Origin: an uncultured Chloroflexia bacterium
Lineage (GTDB): Bacteria; Chloroflexota; Anaerolineae; CG2-30-64-16
Assembly (NCBI GenBank): GCA_963810095.1
Contig: CAWEMM010000001.1
Coordinates: 32,001-96,000, forward strand
Direction: 5' to 3'
DNA length: 64,000 nucleotides
Positions 20,623-31,120 of this stretch are shown here, one piece after another; position 1 is the stretch's first letter, and every line of letters starts with the position of its first letter. Both the position numbers and the translations under genes were made by a program. The notes beneath the pieces are model-generated. The model was not told where the DNA came from. It worked only from the letters and a program-made list of their open reading frames with translations, and searched no databases.

Positions 20623-21564
20623 ATGCTCGCGCCTCAATGTGCCACAACGCAGGACACGGAAGCCGGTCGGCCTGGCAGGGCCAATCGGCCGCCCAAGCTT
20701 AGCGTCTGCATCCCCGTCTTCAACCCTGGACCGTACCTGTCGCTGGCCCTAAACAGCGTCCTGACCCAAGATTACGATGATTTCGAGGTCATCGTCGTAG
20801 ACGATTGCTCAACTCAACCCCTCGGGATGCCGACCGTTGAAGGTGCCAGCCATAGATTCGCCCTTTATCGAAATCAACACAACCTCGGGCTGGTGGAGAA
20901 CTGGAACCAGTGCTTGCGGCTTCCGCGGGGCGAATACATCGCCCTCTTCCACCAAGATGACATCATGCTCGCGAGCAATCTAGCCGCTAAGGCGGACCTT
21001 CTTGACTTGTGTGGCAGTGTCGGACTGGTGCACTCCGATGTTTTCACAATCGATGACAAAGGTTCGATTATCGGCGGACACTGGGCCACGCAACCAAGCA
21101 ACGATCGAGTGCGGTCGGGTATTCTTGCCTACGAATACCTCGCCACTCACGGGAACCACATCTCCTGCCCTTCAGTCGTAGCAAGAGCCGAGTGCTACCG
21201 TACATTAGGGGGATTCGACCCCCGGTTGCCCTTCACATGCGATCTTGAGATGTGGATGCGTATCGCCACAAGCTACGACATCGGTTATATCGACTCCCCC
21301 CTGGTCGCAAGTAGGAGCCACCCCGCACAAGCGACTCAACGCTACAGCGGTTGGGGTCACGACGTGCAGGAGGTGCGACGAGCGCTGCGGATAGCCCTCG
21401 TTGAGCACGCGCCTGCCGGGGTCTCGCCGACGCTTCGTCAAGACGCAAAACGCAACCTAATCAACTGGGCATGGGCCATGGGCCGCTGGAAGCTTCGTCA
21501 AGGCCACTGGCGGGCTGCCCTAGGGTACTTCGAAGCGCTATTCGAAGCGCTGGTGTTGATTTAG
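20623..21564 (+). CDS. GT2 glycosyltransferase
   Basis: Motifs VCIPVFN, VDDCS, NWNQCL, HQDD and DLEMWMR. Confidence 0.88.
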   Translation: MLAPQCATTQDTEAGRPGRANRPPKLSVCIPVFNPGPYLSLALNSVLTQDYDDFEVIVVDDCSTQPLGMPTVEGASHRFALYRNQHNLGLVENWNQCLRLPRGEYIALFHQDDIMLASNLAAKADLLDLCGSVGLVHSDVFTIDDKGSIIGGHWATQPSNDRVRSGILAYEYLATHGNHISCPSVVARAECYRTLGGFDPRLPFTCDLEMWMRIATSYDIGYIDSPLVASRSHPAQATQRYSGWGHDVQEVRRALRIALVEHAPAGVSPTLRQDAKRNLINWAWAMGRWKLRQGHWRAALGYFEALFEALVLI

Positions 21565-21603
21565 CCATGCCAGATTTGCGGCCGGACAGCGGGTGTTGGC
21601 CTT

Positions 21604-22886
21604 ATGATCCCTGAGGCCAGGAGCTTACGGCTGCTGTTCGTCTCCAACTACTACCCACCGTACGAGATCGGCGGCTATGAGCAGTTGTGCCGCGACGTGG
21701 CCGAGGCACTGTGTACCGCGGCCACGAAGTGCTAGTTTTGGCAAGCGACTTCGGGGTGAGCAGCAGTGACCAGGGCCTGCAAGAGAGCGGAGTTCGCCGC
21801 ACATTAGCGCTGCACATCGCGTATCAGGACCGCACACCGATCCCGCTCCAGTTCGTCTGGAGGCGACCGTTGGTGGCTCGGCGCGACCAGCGCCTGCTGC
21901 GCCGGTCCGCGGCGGAGTTCCAGCCTGACGTCGTCTGCTTCTGGAACACGGAATGCCTGCCCCGCAACTTAGCGGCCGTTGCGGAAGCCCTACCCGGCGT
22001 TGGCGTCGCTTACTGGCTGGCCGGGCGGTCGCCGGCCGCCCTAGATGAGTACGACCTTTACTGGCAGGTAGCAGGACGCTCTCGCTCCGCCCGTGCGTTC
22101 AAGGCGGTGTTTCGCACGCCAGCACGCGCATGGTGTGCGCACTCTGCACACGCTCGGCGCCCCCAGATGCGGCACGTCGGCGTCGTAAGCGCGTACCTGC
22201 GCCGAGCAGGACTCGCCGCAGGGACACTCCCCGCCACTTCAGAGGTAATCCCTAACGGCGTGGAGGTGCGGAATTTCTTCTGCCCAATCACGACCGGGCC
22301 GCTGGCCGAGCTGCGACTCATTCTGGCAGGTCGTCTGGCGCCCGACAAAGGTGTGCACGTCGCGATCGATGCGCTGGCGCAGGTGCGGGCCGCTATGCCA
22401 CAGGCTGGGGTCCGGTTGAAGATCGTCGGCGGAGGCCCACAGGACTACTGGGACGAGCTGCGCCGGGCCGTCGGCCGGCACGGTCTCGATCCGTTTGTCG
22501 AGTTCGCCGGCAAGATCCCGCGGGCCGAAATGCCCGCCGTCCTCCGCGATCAGCACGTCCTGCTGTTGCCCACGCTCGTCGAAGAAGCGTTTCCGCGGGT
22601 CGTGCTGGAGGGGATGGCTGCAGGCCTGGCCGTCGTGGCGGCTGACACGGGAGGCACCCGAGAGCTAGTCGTGCACGAAGTGACGGGCCTCTTGTGTCCG
22701 CCCGGCGATCCCGCCGCCCTCGCACAGCAGATCCTGCGCCTCATGCGGCAGCCGGGCCTGCGCACCGAGCTTGCAGCGAACGGGCAGCGCCGCGTCGTTG
22801 CCGAGTTCTCGCTTGAGCGCATGGTGGACCGGGTCGAGGCGCTCCTAGTCGGTGCCGCAAGCTCGGCTGATAGGCGCCGAGCATGA
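21604..22886 (+). CDS. GT4 glycosyltransferase (frameshift near 21715)
   Basis: N-terminal LFVSNYYPPYEIGGYE read from the DNA, plus IPNGV, GRLAPDKG and EAFPRVVLEGMAAG. Confidence 0.87.
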
Positions 22887-24064
22887 ACGTGCTCTTCATC
22901 TCGGCGTGGCACCCTGAGCCGCAAGACAACGGCTCGAAGCTGCGGGTCTATCATCTGCTGGCAGCACTGGCCGAGAAGCATTCGGTCACGCTCTGCTCGT
23001 TTGCCTGGGGCGGTGCTTTGCCCTTACGGAAGGCACAGTTGGAGGCCCTGGGCATTCGGGTCCACGCGCTCGAGATCGATCCGTTCGCCGCAAACGCTGT
23101 GGCGCCGCTGCGCACATTTGTCTCGCCTGCCCGCGGCTTGCCCGGCCTATTCCCGCCATGGCCGAGCTGGCCGGCAACCTGGCCTCCGGTGAGCGGTTTG
23201 ACACGGTGATTGCCTCGACCGAAGTCACGGCGTGCTACGCACTGTCGGCGGGCGGGCCGGCCGCCCGCATCCTGGAGGAACACAATTCGCTGTCGCGGTG
23301 GCTGCACGAGCGGATGGCGGCGGAACGTACGCCGGTCGCCCGTGCCAGGGCCTGGGCCAGCTGGCGGAAGGCGCGGGGCTTTGAGGCGGCGCTCTTCCCG
23401 CAATTCGACCTGGTCACCATGGTTTCCGCGCTCGATCAGGCGTACAGCCAGGACCTGACCGGAGGCGCGGGTGTATCGAGATCCTCCCGAACGGCGTCGA
23501 CTGCGAACGCAACCGGCCGAGCCGCCGCTCGGACGAACGCGCCACGGCTCGTCTTCAACGGCTCGCTGACCTATGCCGCGAACTATGACGCCGTGCGCTG
23601 GTTCCTGGCCGAGATCTATTTGCGGGTCAAGCGGGCGGTGCCCGGCGTCTCCCTCACCATCACCGGATCGACCGAAGGGGTACGGCTGGCCGACCTCGCG
23701 CTGGACGACAGCGTGGTCCTCACCGGGTTCGTGGAGGACGTCCGCATAGCGGTCACGAACGCGTCCGTTTGCGTTGTGCCACTCCGGCTAGGCGGCGGAA
23801 CCCGGCTTAAAGTCTTGGAGGCCATGGCGCTGGGCACGCCCGTCGTGACGACGGCAAAGGGAGCCGAGGGATTGCAGGCCGTGGACGGCGAGCACCTACT
23901 TTTGGCCGAAAGCGCCGAGGCATTTGCATTGCGCACCACGCAGCTTCTGACCGATGCGCCGCTGCGCGCCCGACTGGCCGAGCACGCTCGCCGGCTCGCC
24001 GAGACACGGTACGACTGGGCTGCCATCGGCCGGACATACGTGGCGCTCGTCGAACGCACGGTGA
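22883..24064 (+). CDS. GT4 glycosyltransferase (frameshifted; end approximate)
   Basis: Motifs PQDNGSKLR, EEHN, FNGSLTYAAN and GGGTRLKVLEAMALG. Confidence 0.85.
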
Positions 24065-24070
24065 ACGGCC

Positions 24071-25550
24071 GTGGGTCGCCGGCCCGCTTCCGCCCCAGGT
24101 CCCACGTTGCTGCGGCCGGCAGTCGTGGGGCTGGTCCTTCTGGCGGCGGCGGTGCTGGGGCAGCGCGCCTCCATGCGCTACCTGGCCCTCGGCGTCGTCG
24201 TGCTGGGCGCCCTCGCACTCCTCAGGCAGCCGCGCCTCGGGCTGCTGCTGTTGGTTGCCGCCGCGCTCATCTTTCGCCTCGAGTTTGGCACCGGTACCGA
24301 GGTGAGCCTCAACCCCGTGACACTGCTCGTCCCGGTCGTGCTTGCCATCTGGGTTCTGTCCATGGTCGTGCGCGGCCGGGTCCGCCCGGCACCTAGCTCG
24401 ACGAACCGGCCGCTGGTTCTGTTCGTGCTCGCCGGTTTGCTTTCGCTCCTGGTGGGCATCGCGACGTGGGACCCGCTCGTACCGCGCCGAGACAGCTTCC
24501 TCCTGGTCCAGCTGGCGCAGTGGGCCATCTTTGCTCTCTCGGCCGGCGCCTTCTGGCTGAGCGCAAACCTAATCGTCGAAGAGAAATGGCTCCGGCGCAT
24601 GACCTTTCTCTTCCTCTGGATCGCGGGCGGGTTCACGATTGCCCGGCATCTGCCTGGCCTGGGTAGCCTGACGGACCGCTTCACGACCCTGGCCTTCACC
24701 CGGGCGCCGCTCTGGATTCTCCTGACTTCGCTTGCGGCGGGCCAGCTCCTTTTCAATACCGAACTGGAGACGGCGCCGCGACTGGGGCTCGCAGCCATTG
24801 TCGTGAGCAGCCTGGTCTACACGTTCGTCGAGCAGCAAGAGGTGATGTCGAACTGGCTCGGACTCGGCGTCGCGCTGGCCGTCCTATTCTGGCTCCGCTT
24901 TCCACGCCTGCGCGTGCCGGTTGTCATCGTCGTCGGACTGCTGGCGCTCTCCGGCATTCTATTTCCATCGGTTTACGCATTTGCCGGCGGCGACCAGGAA
25001 TGGGCTCTAAGCGGAAGCTCGCGCTTGACCTTGATCGGCCGGGTCCTGAGCGTCACCCGGCGAAACCCGATCACGGGGCTAGGCCCAGCGGCGTATCGGC
25101 TGTATGCGAGCATGGAGCCGCTGGCCTACGGAAAGGCGTACTGGCTCCAACCCCAGGTGAACTCGCACAACAACTACGTCGACATGTTCGCACACACCGG
25201 GTTGCTGGGGCTGGCGCTCTTTGCCTGGTTCGTGGTTGAGTTGCTCCGGCGTCGGCCGGCGGGCGCTGCGCAAACAGCCGGGGGGCTTTCTCGGCGGCTA
25301 CACCAGCGGCATCCTTGCGGCGACAGTTGCCTCGCTCGCGCTGATGATGTTGGCCGATTGGATCCTGCCCTTCGTGTACAACATCGGCTTTCCGGGGTTC
25401 CAGGCCAGCGTCCTGGTATGGCTGTTCATGGGCGGACTGGTGGCCATCGACAACATGAGCCCGACGGCGACCGCCTGCGGCCAGCAGCCGGCGCTCCCGT
25501 TCCGTCCGCAGGCGCACGCCGCCCGGAAGGTTTCCGGCAGTGGCAGTTGA
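24071..25550 (+). CDS. Second O-antigen ligase/polymerase (Wzy_C) family membrane protein (frameshift near 25250)
   Basis: About 12 hydrophobic segments, NPITGLGP, and SHNNYVDMFAHTGLLG. Confidence 0.82.
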
Positions 25551-26535
25551 CCGCACCCTGCGGGGCGCGACCGCCGCTCGGGCCGCCCCCGACCCGCCTG
25601 GGGAGGCCGCGGGCACACGCTGTGATGTCTCGGTTGTGATCGTCAATTGGAACACCCGCGACCTGCTGGATCGCTGCCTTTGCAGCCTGGAGCACGAGCT
25701 CGACGACGCAGCCCTGACCGGCGAGATCTGGGTGGTCGACAATGCGTCCTCGGATGGATCGGTCGAGCGGGTGCGAGCGCACCATCCGGCCGTGCGGCTG
25801 ATCGAGAACCCGGAGAATACGGGGTTTGCGCAGGCCAACAACCAAGCTCTCAGACAGGCCGCCGGGGTCCGACTCTTGCTCCTAAACAGCGACACGGAGG
25901 TCATGCCCGGCGCATTGTCCGTGCTGCTCGCCTGCCTGGGCCGGCACCCGCGGGCCGGGCTGGTCGCGCCGCAGCTGATCCATGCCGACGGTTCGTTCCA
26001 GGCGGGCCCGGCCCGCTTTCCCTCCTGGTGGAGCACCTCCGTCGAGGCGTGGGGGCTGATGCGGCGACTGACCTGCAATCCGTACTACCCGAGTTCTCGT
26101 CCTCGACCGGGCGAGCAGGCGCGGCTTGTGGATTGGGTTGGCGGCGCGTGCCTGCTCGCCCGCCGCGAAGCGATACGGGAGGTTGGCCTGCTCGATGAGG
26201 CCTTCTTTATGAACAGCGAAGAGGTCGATTGGTGCTTCCGCATGCGGCGCGCCGGCTGGGAGGTGTGGTACGAGCCGGCGGCCACCATCATACACCTGGG
26301 GGGCGCGAGCGCGGCCCGCACGAGCGCGGTGCAGCGGAAGCGCAACTATCGCGGCAAGACGCAGTTTCTGCGCAAACACCGGGGCGCGCTGGCAGCCCTG
26401 CTGGCCGAGGCCAACCTGCGAGCTTCGTCGGCAGCTAAGGCCGTGGCGTTCGGAGCCCAGGGCTACATCGGTCGAGATACGGGCGCCCGGTTGCAGGCTA
26501 AAGCCCACTGGCGGGTGGCCACAGAACAATGGTGA
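25540..26535 (+). CDS. GT2 glycosyltransferase (WbbL/rhamnosyltransferase-like)
   Basis: Motifs IVNWNTRDLL, VDNASSDG, GFAQANN, LLNSD and EEVDWCFR. Confidence 0.9.
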   Translation: MAVDRTLRGATAARAAPDPPGEAAGTRCDVSVVIVNWNTRDLLDRCLCSLEHELDDAALTGEIWVVDNASSDGSVERVRAHHPAVRLIENPENTGFAQANNQALRQAAGVRLLLLNSDTEVMPGALSVLLACLGRHPRAGLVAPQLIHADGSFQAGPARFPSWWSTSVEAWGLMRRLTCNPYYPSSRPRPGEQARLVDWVGGACLLARREAIREVGLLDEAFFMNSEEVDWCFRMRRAGWEVWYEPAATIIHLGGASAARTSAVQRKRNYRGKTQFLRKHRGALAALLAEANLRASSAAKAVAFGAQGYIGRDTGARLQAKAHWRVATEQW

Positions 26536-27674
26536 AGCCGCGTATCTTGATCGACGGGATCGCCGTATCGCATCCGCAGCCGGGCGGATACAAGACGTAT
26601 GCCACGAACCTGGTGCGGAGCCTGGCCGCAGTCGATTCAACGCACGACTATGTCGTCGCAGTCGACCGCCCACTGCACGACGCCCTGCCAGGCTGCCAGG
26701 TCGAGGTCGCGGGCCGACCGGGGAGCGCCGGCGTGGTGTGGCGCGAGCAGGTTCAGCTGCCCCCGGCTGGCAGGCGCCAGGGTGCACGCCGACTTGCTCC
26801 ACTGCCCCGCCGCGACGGCGCCCGCTTATACCGGGAGGCCGCTTGTCGTTACGCTTTACGATGCAATCGAGTTCACCGACCCGCTGCCTTCGCCCAGGCA
26901 AACGAAACGCTGGGCAATCCGCGTCTACAGCCGGCTGGCGCAGCGCCGAGCCGGGCGATACGCCCAACAAGTCCTGACCGTGTCAGAGTACTCGAGGAAG
27001 CAGATCGCCGCGCACTTGATGATGCCGGCGGAGAAGATCACCGTAACTTACCCGGCTCATGCGGCTTCCTTCCGGCCGCTGGAGCGCAGCACTACGGCCG
27101 GGGCAGTTCGCCACGACTTCGGCGTGGCGGACTACGTGCTCGCCATCGCGTCGGCCGCGCCGCGCAGAACACCCACGGGTTACTCGTGGCGTATGCGGCG
27201 CTGCCCGCGTCTTTGCGCACCGAGCACCCGCTCCTGTTGGTCTGCACGCACAAGGGCCTCCAGCCGCGCCTCGAAGTGGCGGTCCGCGAGCTGGGCCTGG
27301 AGGGCTCGGTATGCTACGCCGAGCAGGTGACAGACGTCGACTTGGTCCGACTCTACAACGCGGCCGCTGTGTTTGCCTTCCCTTCGCTGCAGGAAGGGTT
27401 TGGCCTGCCGCCTCTCGAAGCGATGGCTTGCGGCGCGCCCGTTGTCGCTTCGCGCTGCAGCTCACTACCGGAAGTCGTTGGCGACGCAGGACTTCTCGTC
27501 ACGCCGGGCAATCCGGCGGAACTGACCGGCACGCTGGCCCGCATCCTATCCGATCGGACATTGGCCGCCTCGCTGCGACAGCTTGGCATCGTGCGCGCCG
27601 GCCAGTTTTCCTGGGCAGTTGCCGCGGCGCGCACGGTCGCAGTGTACGACAAGATCATCGCCGCATGCTGCTGA
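26529..27674 (+). CDS. GT4 glycosyltransferase (mannosyltransferase-like; compensating frameshifts)
   Basis: Motifs TVSEYS, FAFPSLQEGFGLPPLEAMACG, SLPEVVGDA and FSW. Confidence 0.88.
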   Translation: MVKPRILIDGIAVSHPQPGGYKTYATNLVRSLAAVDSTHDYVVAVDRPLHDALPGCQVEVAGRPGSAGVVWREQVQLPPAGRRQGARRLAPLPRRDGARLYREAACRYALRCNRVHRPAAFAQANETLGNPRLQPAGAAPSRAIRPTSPDRVRVLEEADRRALDDAGGEDHRNLPGSCGFLPAAGAQHYGRGSSPRLRRGGLRARHRVGRAAQNTHGLLVAYAALPASLRTEHPLLLVCTHKGLQPRLEVAVRELGLEGSVCYAEQVTDVDLVRLYNAAAVFAFPSLQEGFGLPPLEAMACGAPVVASRCSSLPEVVGDAGLLVTPGNPAELTGTLARILSDRTLAASLRQLGIVRAGQFSWAVAAARTVAVYDKIIAACC

Positions 27675-27734
27675 CCCGGTTGCCATCGGTGCTCAGCCGA
27701 AGTCGCTGGCACGCTCCGATGAAATGCCCAACCC

Positions 27735-29157
27735 GTGTCCAAGCGACTACCCACTGATCCGACCCGGATGCCCGACCCCGTAGACGCGCCCGCTTCGGCC
27801 CCGAGCATCACGCTTACCCGAGTGCTCCTCGCCACGATTATCCTCACGGCGCTGATTATACGCGTTGCGGTCGGCCTGTACCTCGGCAACGGGATCGATG
27901 ACGTTCGTGGAGGCACGGCGGACCAGCTGTCATACGACATGCTGGCCCAGCGACTCATATCCGGTCATGGCTTCAGCTTCCCTACCGAGTGGTGGCCGTA
28001 CGCCCACGCGAACCAGCCGACGGCCTTCTGGTCCTACCTTTACACGCTCTACCTCGCCGCCGTCTACTTCCTCTTCGGGCACCAGCCCATGCTGGCGCGG
28101 CTTCTGCAGGCGTCGTTGGTTGCAGTCGCCCTACCCGTGCTGCTCTATCGCCTGGGAAAGCGTGCATTCGACGTCCAGGTCGGGCTCATTGCCGCTGCGA
28201 TCTCGGCCGTCTACCTGTACTTTGCGCTCTACGCGGCCTCCCTGATGACCGAAGCCCTATACATCGTCGGCATCCTGTGGGCCACCGATGCAGCGCTACG
28301 ACTCCTGGACCGGGTGAGAGCCGGCTGGCGATACTGGCCCACGGCCCTTGAGCTTGGCCTCGCGATGGCAATCACGCTCATGCTGCGGCAGTTGGTCGCA
28401 GCTTACTTCCTGCCGCTGCTGCTCTGGCTCGCCGTGAGTGCGCTGCGCCGTAGCCGCGTGCCCACGATGCTCATCGCGCTGACGATTGCCGGTGCGGTCC
28501 TCCTCGGCCTGGTCGCGCCCATCCTCGTCCGCAATCAGCGCACCTTCGGCGCAGCGACGTTGCTGAACACCAACTCAGGGTTCACGCTGTTCTGGAGCAA
28601 CCACCCGATCTACGGCACCCACTTCGTGCCGACGCTGCCGCCCGAGGGAGGCGTCTCATACCAGGACCTGATCCCCGTCGACCTGCGATCGCTGAACGAA
28701 GCCGAGCTAGACCGGGCCCTGCTCAAGCGGGCCATCGAGTTTCTGCAGGCCGATCCCGCGCGCTTCGCGTTGCTGAGCCTGAGTCGCGTTCGGGTCTACT
28801 TCATATTCTGGCCGACGCCGCGACTCGTCACTGCTGAGCAACGCGGCACGCGTACTGAGCTTCGGCGTTTTCCTGCCCGCCATGCTGTACGGCATCGTCC
28901 GCGTTGGGATGGCCTACCGCGGCCGTAATCGCCGCCAACCTGCGGCTCGCGAACCGGCAGCCATCGATTGGAGCGTCGTCGGCATTTGCGGGCTGTTCAT
29001 CGTGCTTTACACGATGCTGCACCTGGTTTCCTGGGCGAACGTGCGGTACCGTCTGCCCGTTGATGCCTTCCTAATCCTGTTCGCGGCTTACGGCATCCAG
29101 GACCTGCTCCTCCGACTCAAGCGCGCAGGGACCTTGCATGTTGAGGAACCACGTTGA
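27735..29157 (+). CDS. GT-C fold membrane glycosyltransferase (ArnT/PMT_2 family; frameshift near 28820)
   Basis: First-loop acidic motif DQLSYD, multiple TMs, LMTEALY, RNQRTFG and a C-terminal RYRLP. Confidence 0.8.
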
Positions 29158-29864
29158 ACTACGACGAAGCTGCGCTCCAGCGCGTTCGTGAAGACCGTCT
29201 GCTATTAGCTGCGCTCGACGAGTGGCTGTATGAGGAGATGGAGCCGCATCTTGGGCAGCGGATCCTCGAAATCGGCTGCGGCTTGGGCAACTTCGCCCGC
29301 CACCTGACAGATCGCGCTCTGTACGTGGGCTTGGAAATCGATGACGACAGCATTTGCCGCTTTCGCGCCGACTTCGCGGGCTACGCCAACGTTCGCGCAT
29401 TGGCGCTCGACATCGGCACGCCGGCCTATGCGGGCTTGGCCGACTACGATTTTGACACGGTCTTCTCGCTCAACGTCTTCGAGCACATCAAAGATGACGC
29501 ACGGGCGCTTCGGCATGCCGCGGCCGTCTTGCGGCCTGGCGGCCGGCTGTTGCTGGTCGTTCCCGCGCACGGCTGGCTGTACGGGGCCCTGGACCGCTCA
29601 ATTGGGCACCACCGGCGTTACGACAAAGTGATGGCCGCACGGCTGTTCGAGCAGGCCAGTATCGCTCCGGTCCAGATGAAATACATGAATCCCCTGGGGG
29701 CGCTCGGTTGGTTTGTGAACGGAAGGCTCCGAGCGCAGGCCACCCCGCCCTCGGGCCAGTTGCGTCTGTTCGACCGCCTCGTGCCTGCACTTAAGAAGAT
29801 CGAAAAGCGCGTGCCTATGCCTTTCGGCATATCGCTCCTTGCAGTGGGGCGGAAAGCCGGATGA
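29154..29864 (+). CDS. Class I SAM-dependent methyltransferase-like protein
   Basis: Motifs LEIGCGLG, NVFEHIKDD, LRPGG and DRSIGHHRRY. Confidence 0.88.
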   Translation: MNYDEAALQRVREDRLLLAALDEWLYEEMEPHLGQRILEIGCGLGNFARHLTDRALYVGLEIDDDSICRFRADFAGYANVRALALDIGTPAYAGLADYDFDTVFSLNVFEHIKDDARALRHAAAVLRPGGRLLLVVPAHGWLYGALDRSIGHHRRYDKVMAARLFEQASIAPVQMKYMNPLGALGWFVNGRLRAQATPPSGQLRLFDRLVPALKKIEKRVPMPFGISLLAVGRKAG

Positions 29865-29904
29865 GCGGTCGTTCGAACTTCGCCACGCGTGGGGACGAGC
29901 CCGG

Positions 29905-31092
29905 ATGACCGAACGGATCACCTACGCGCTCCTCTCGCCGACCTTCGGCATGCACCAGTACACGGCCGACCTGGCGCGACGCGCGCGCGGCGAGACCTGC
30001 ACCAAAGGGTGCGGGTGGTCACGACTGCGACGCTCCCCGAAGGCCGGTACGAGCCGGGGGCCGAGTTGGTGATGCCCGTCGCGACCCATGGCACCGGATT
30101 CTCGGCCGAGGGAGCAAACGTCGCCGCGTACCGGGCCGCGCGCAGTGCGCTGCTGGCGGCAGGCCGGGAGGGTCCGGTCCACTTCACCGGTGTCCACCTC
30201 TGGAACGTGCCCCTGGTCCGACGCGCTGCGCCGGCAGGGAACGCCCGTAGTCCACACGCTGCACGACCTCGCACCCCACAGCGGCGTGCGGCGGGGCCGC
30301 TTGATCCGGGCCTGGAACCGGCTGATCGTCACATCGGGCGCGACCATTCTCGTGCACGGCGAGTGCTACCTGCGGCAGTTGCTGGCCCAGGGCGTTGCGC
30401 CCGATCGGCTTGCCTGCGCACCGCTGCTGCACGGGTTCTGGGGCTGGGAGGCCGAGGAACGCCTGCGACTCGGGGGCGTTTTGCCTCCCGGGGCCCAGCG
30501 GCATCCGGAAAAGGTGCAGCGCGATGGCCCGATCGTAATCTTCTTCGGAAGGTTGGAGTGGTACAAGGGAATCGATACGCTGTTGGAAGCGTGGACCCGG
30601 CTGGGGCAGGTTGAGGGCGGCAGGCTGGGTCCCGAGGCGCCCCGCCTGATCCTCGCGGGCCGTTTAGCCGACGGCTTGACGCTCCCCGCACTGCCGCCCC
30701 GTGTCGAACTTCGCAATCGCCGTATCCCTGACGACGAGGCGCTCGATCTGTTCGGCCGGGCCAGCCTCCTCGTCCTGCCCTACCTGGACGCCACCCAATC
30801 GGCCCTCATCGCCGCGGCCGCCCGACTCGGCGTCCCCTGCATCGTCACCCGCACGGGCGCACTGCCCGAATATGTCGTGCATGGGTCGACCGGGTGGATC
30901 GTGCCGCCCAAGGATCCCGCCGCACTCGCAGAAGGGCTCGTCAGTGCGCTGGGCGACCCCGCCGGCCTGCAGGCTGTGGGCCGGGCGGCCCGGGCATGGT
31001 ATGAGGATGCCCGCCGGTTAGAGCTAACCGCCCTAAGCTCGCTCTATTTCGCTTCATCACAGCCGGTCAACTTGGCTGAAGTTCCGGCTTAA
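29905..31092 (+). CDS. GT4 glycosyltransferase (frameshifts near 30000 and 30220)
   Basis: Motifs HTLHD, FFGRLEWYKG, LPYLDATQS and TGALPEYV. Confidence 0.85.
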
Positions 31093-31120
31093 GCCCACCC
31101 GTCACCCAAAGGATCTGGCC

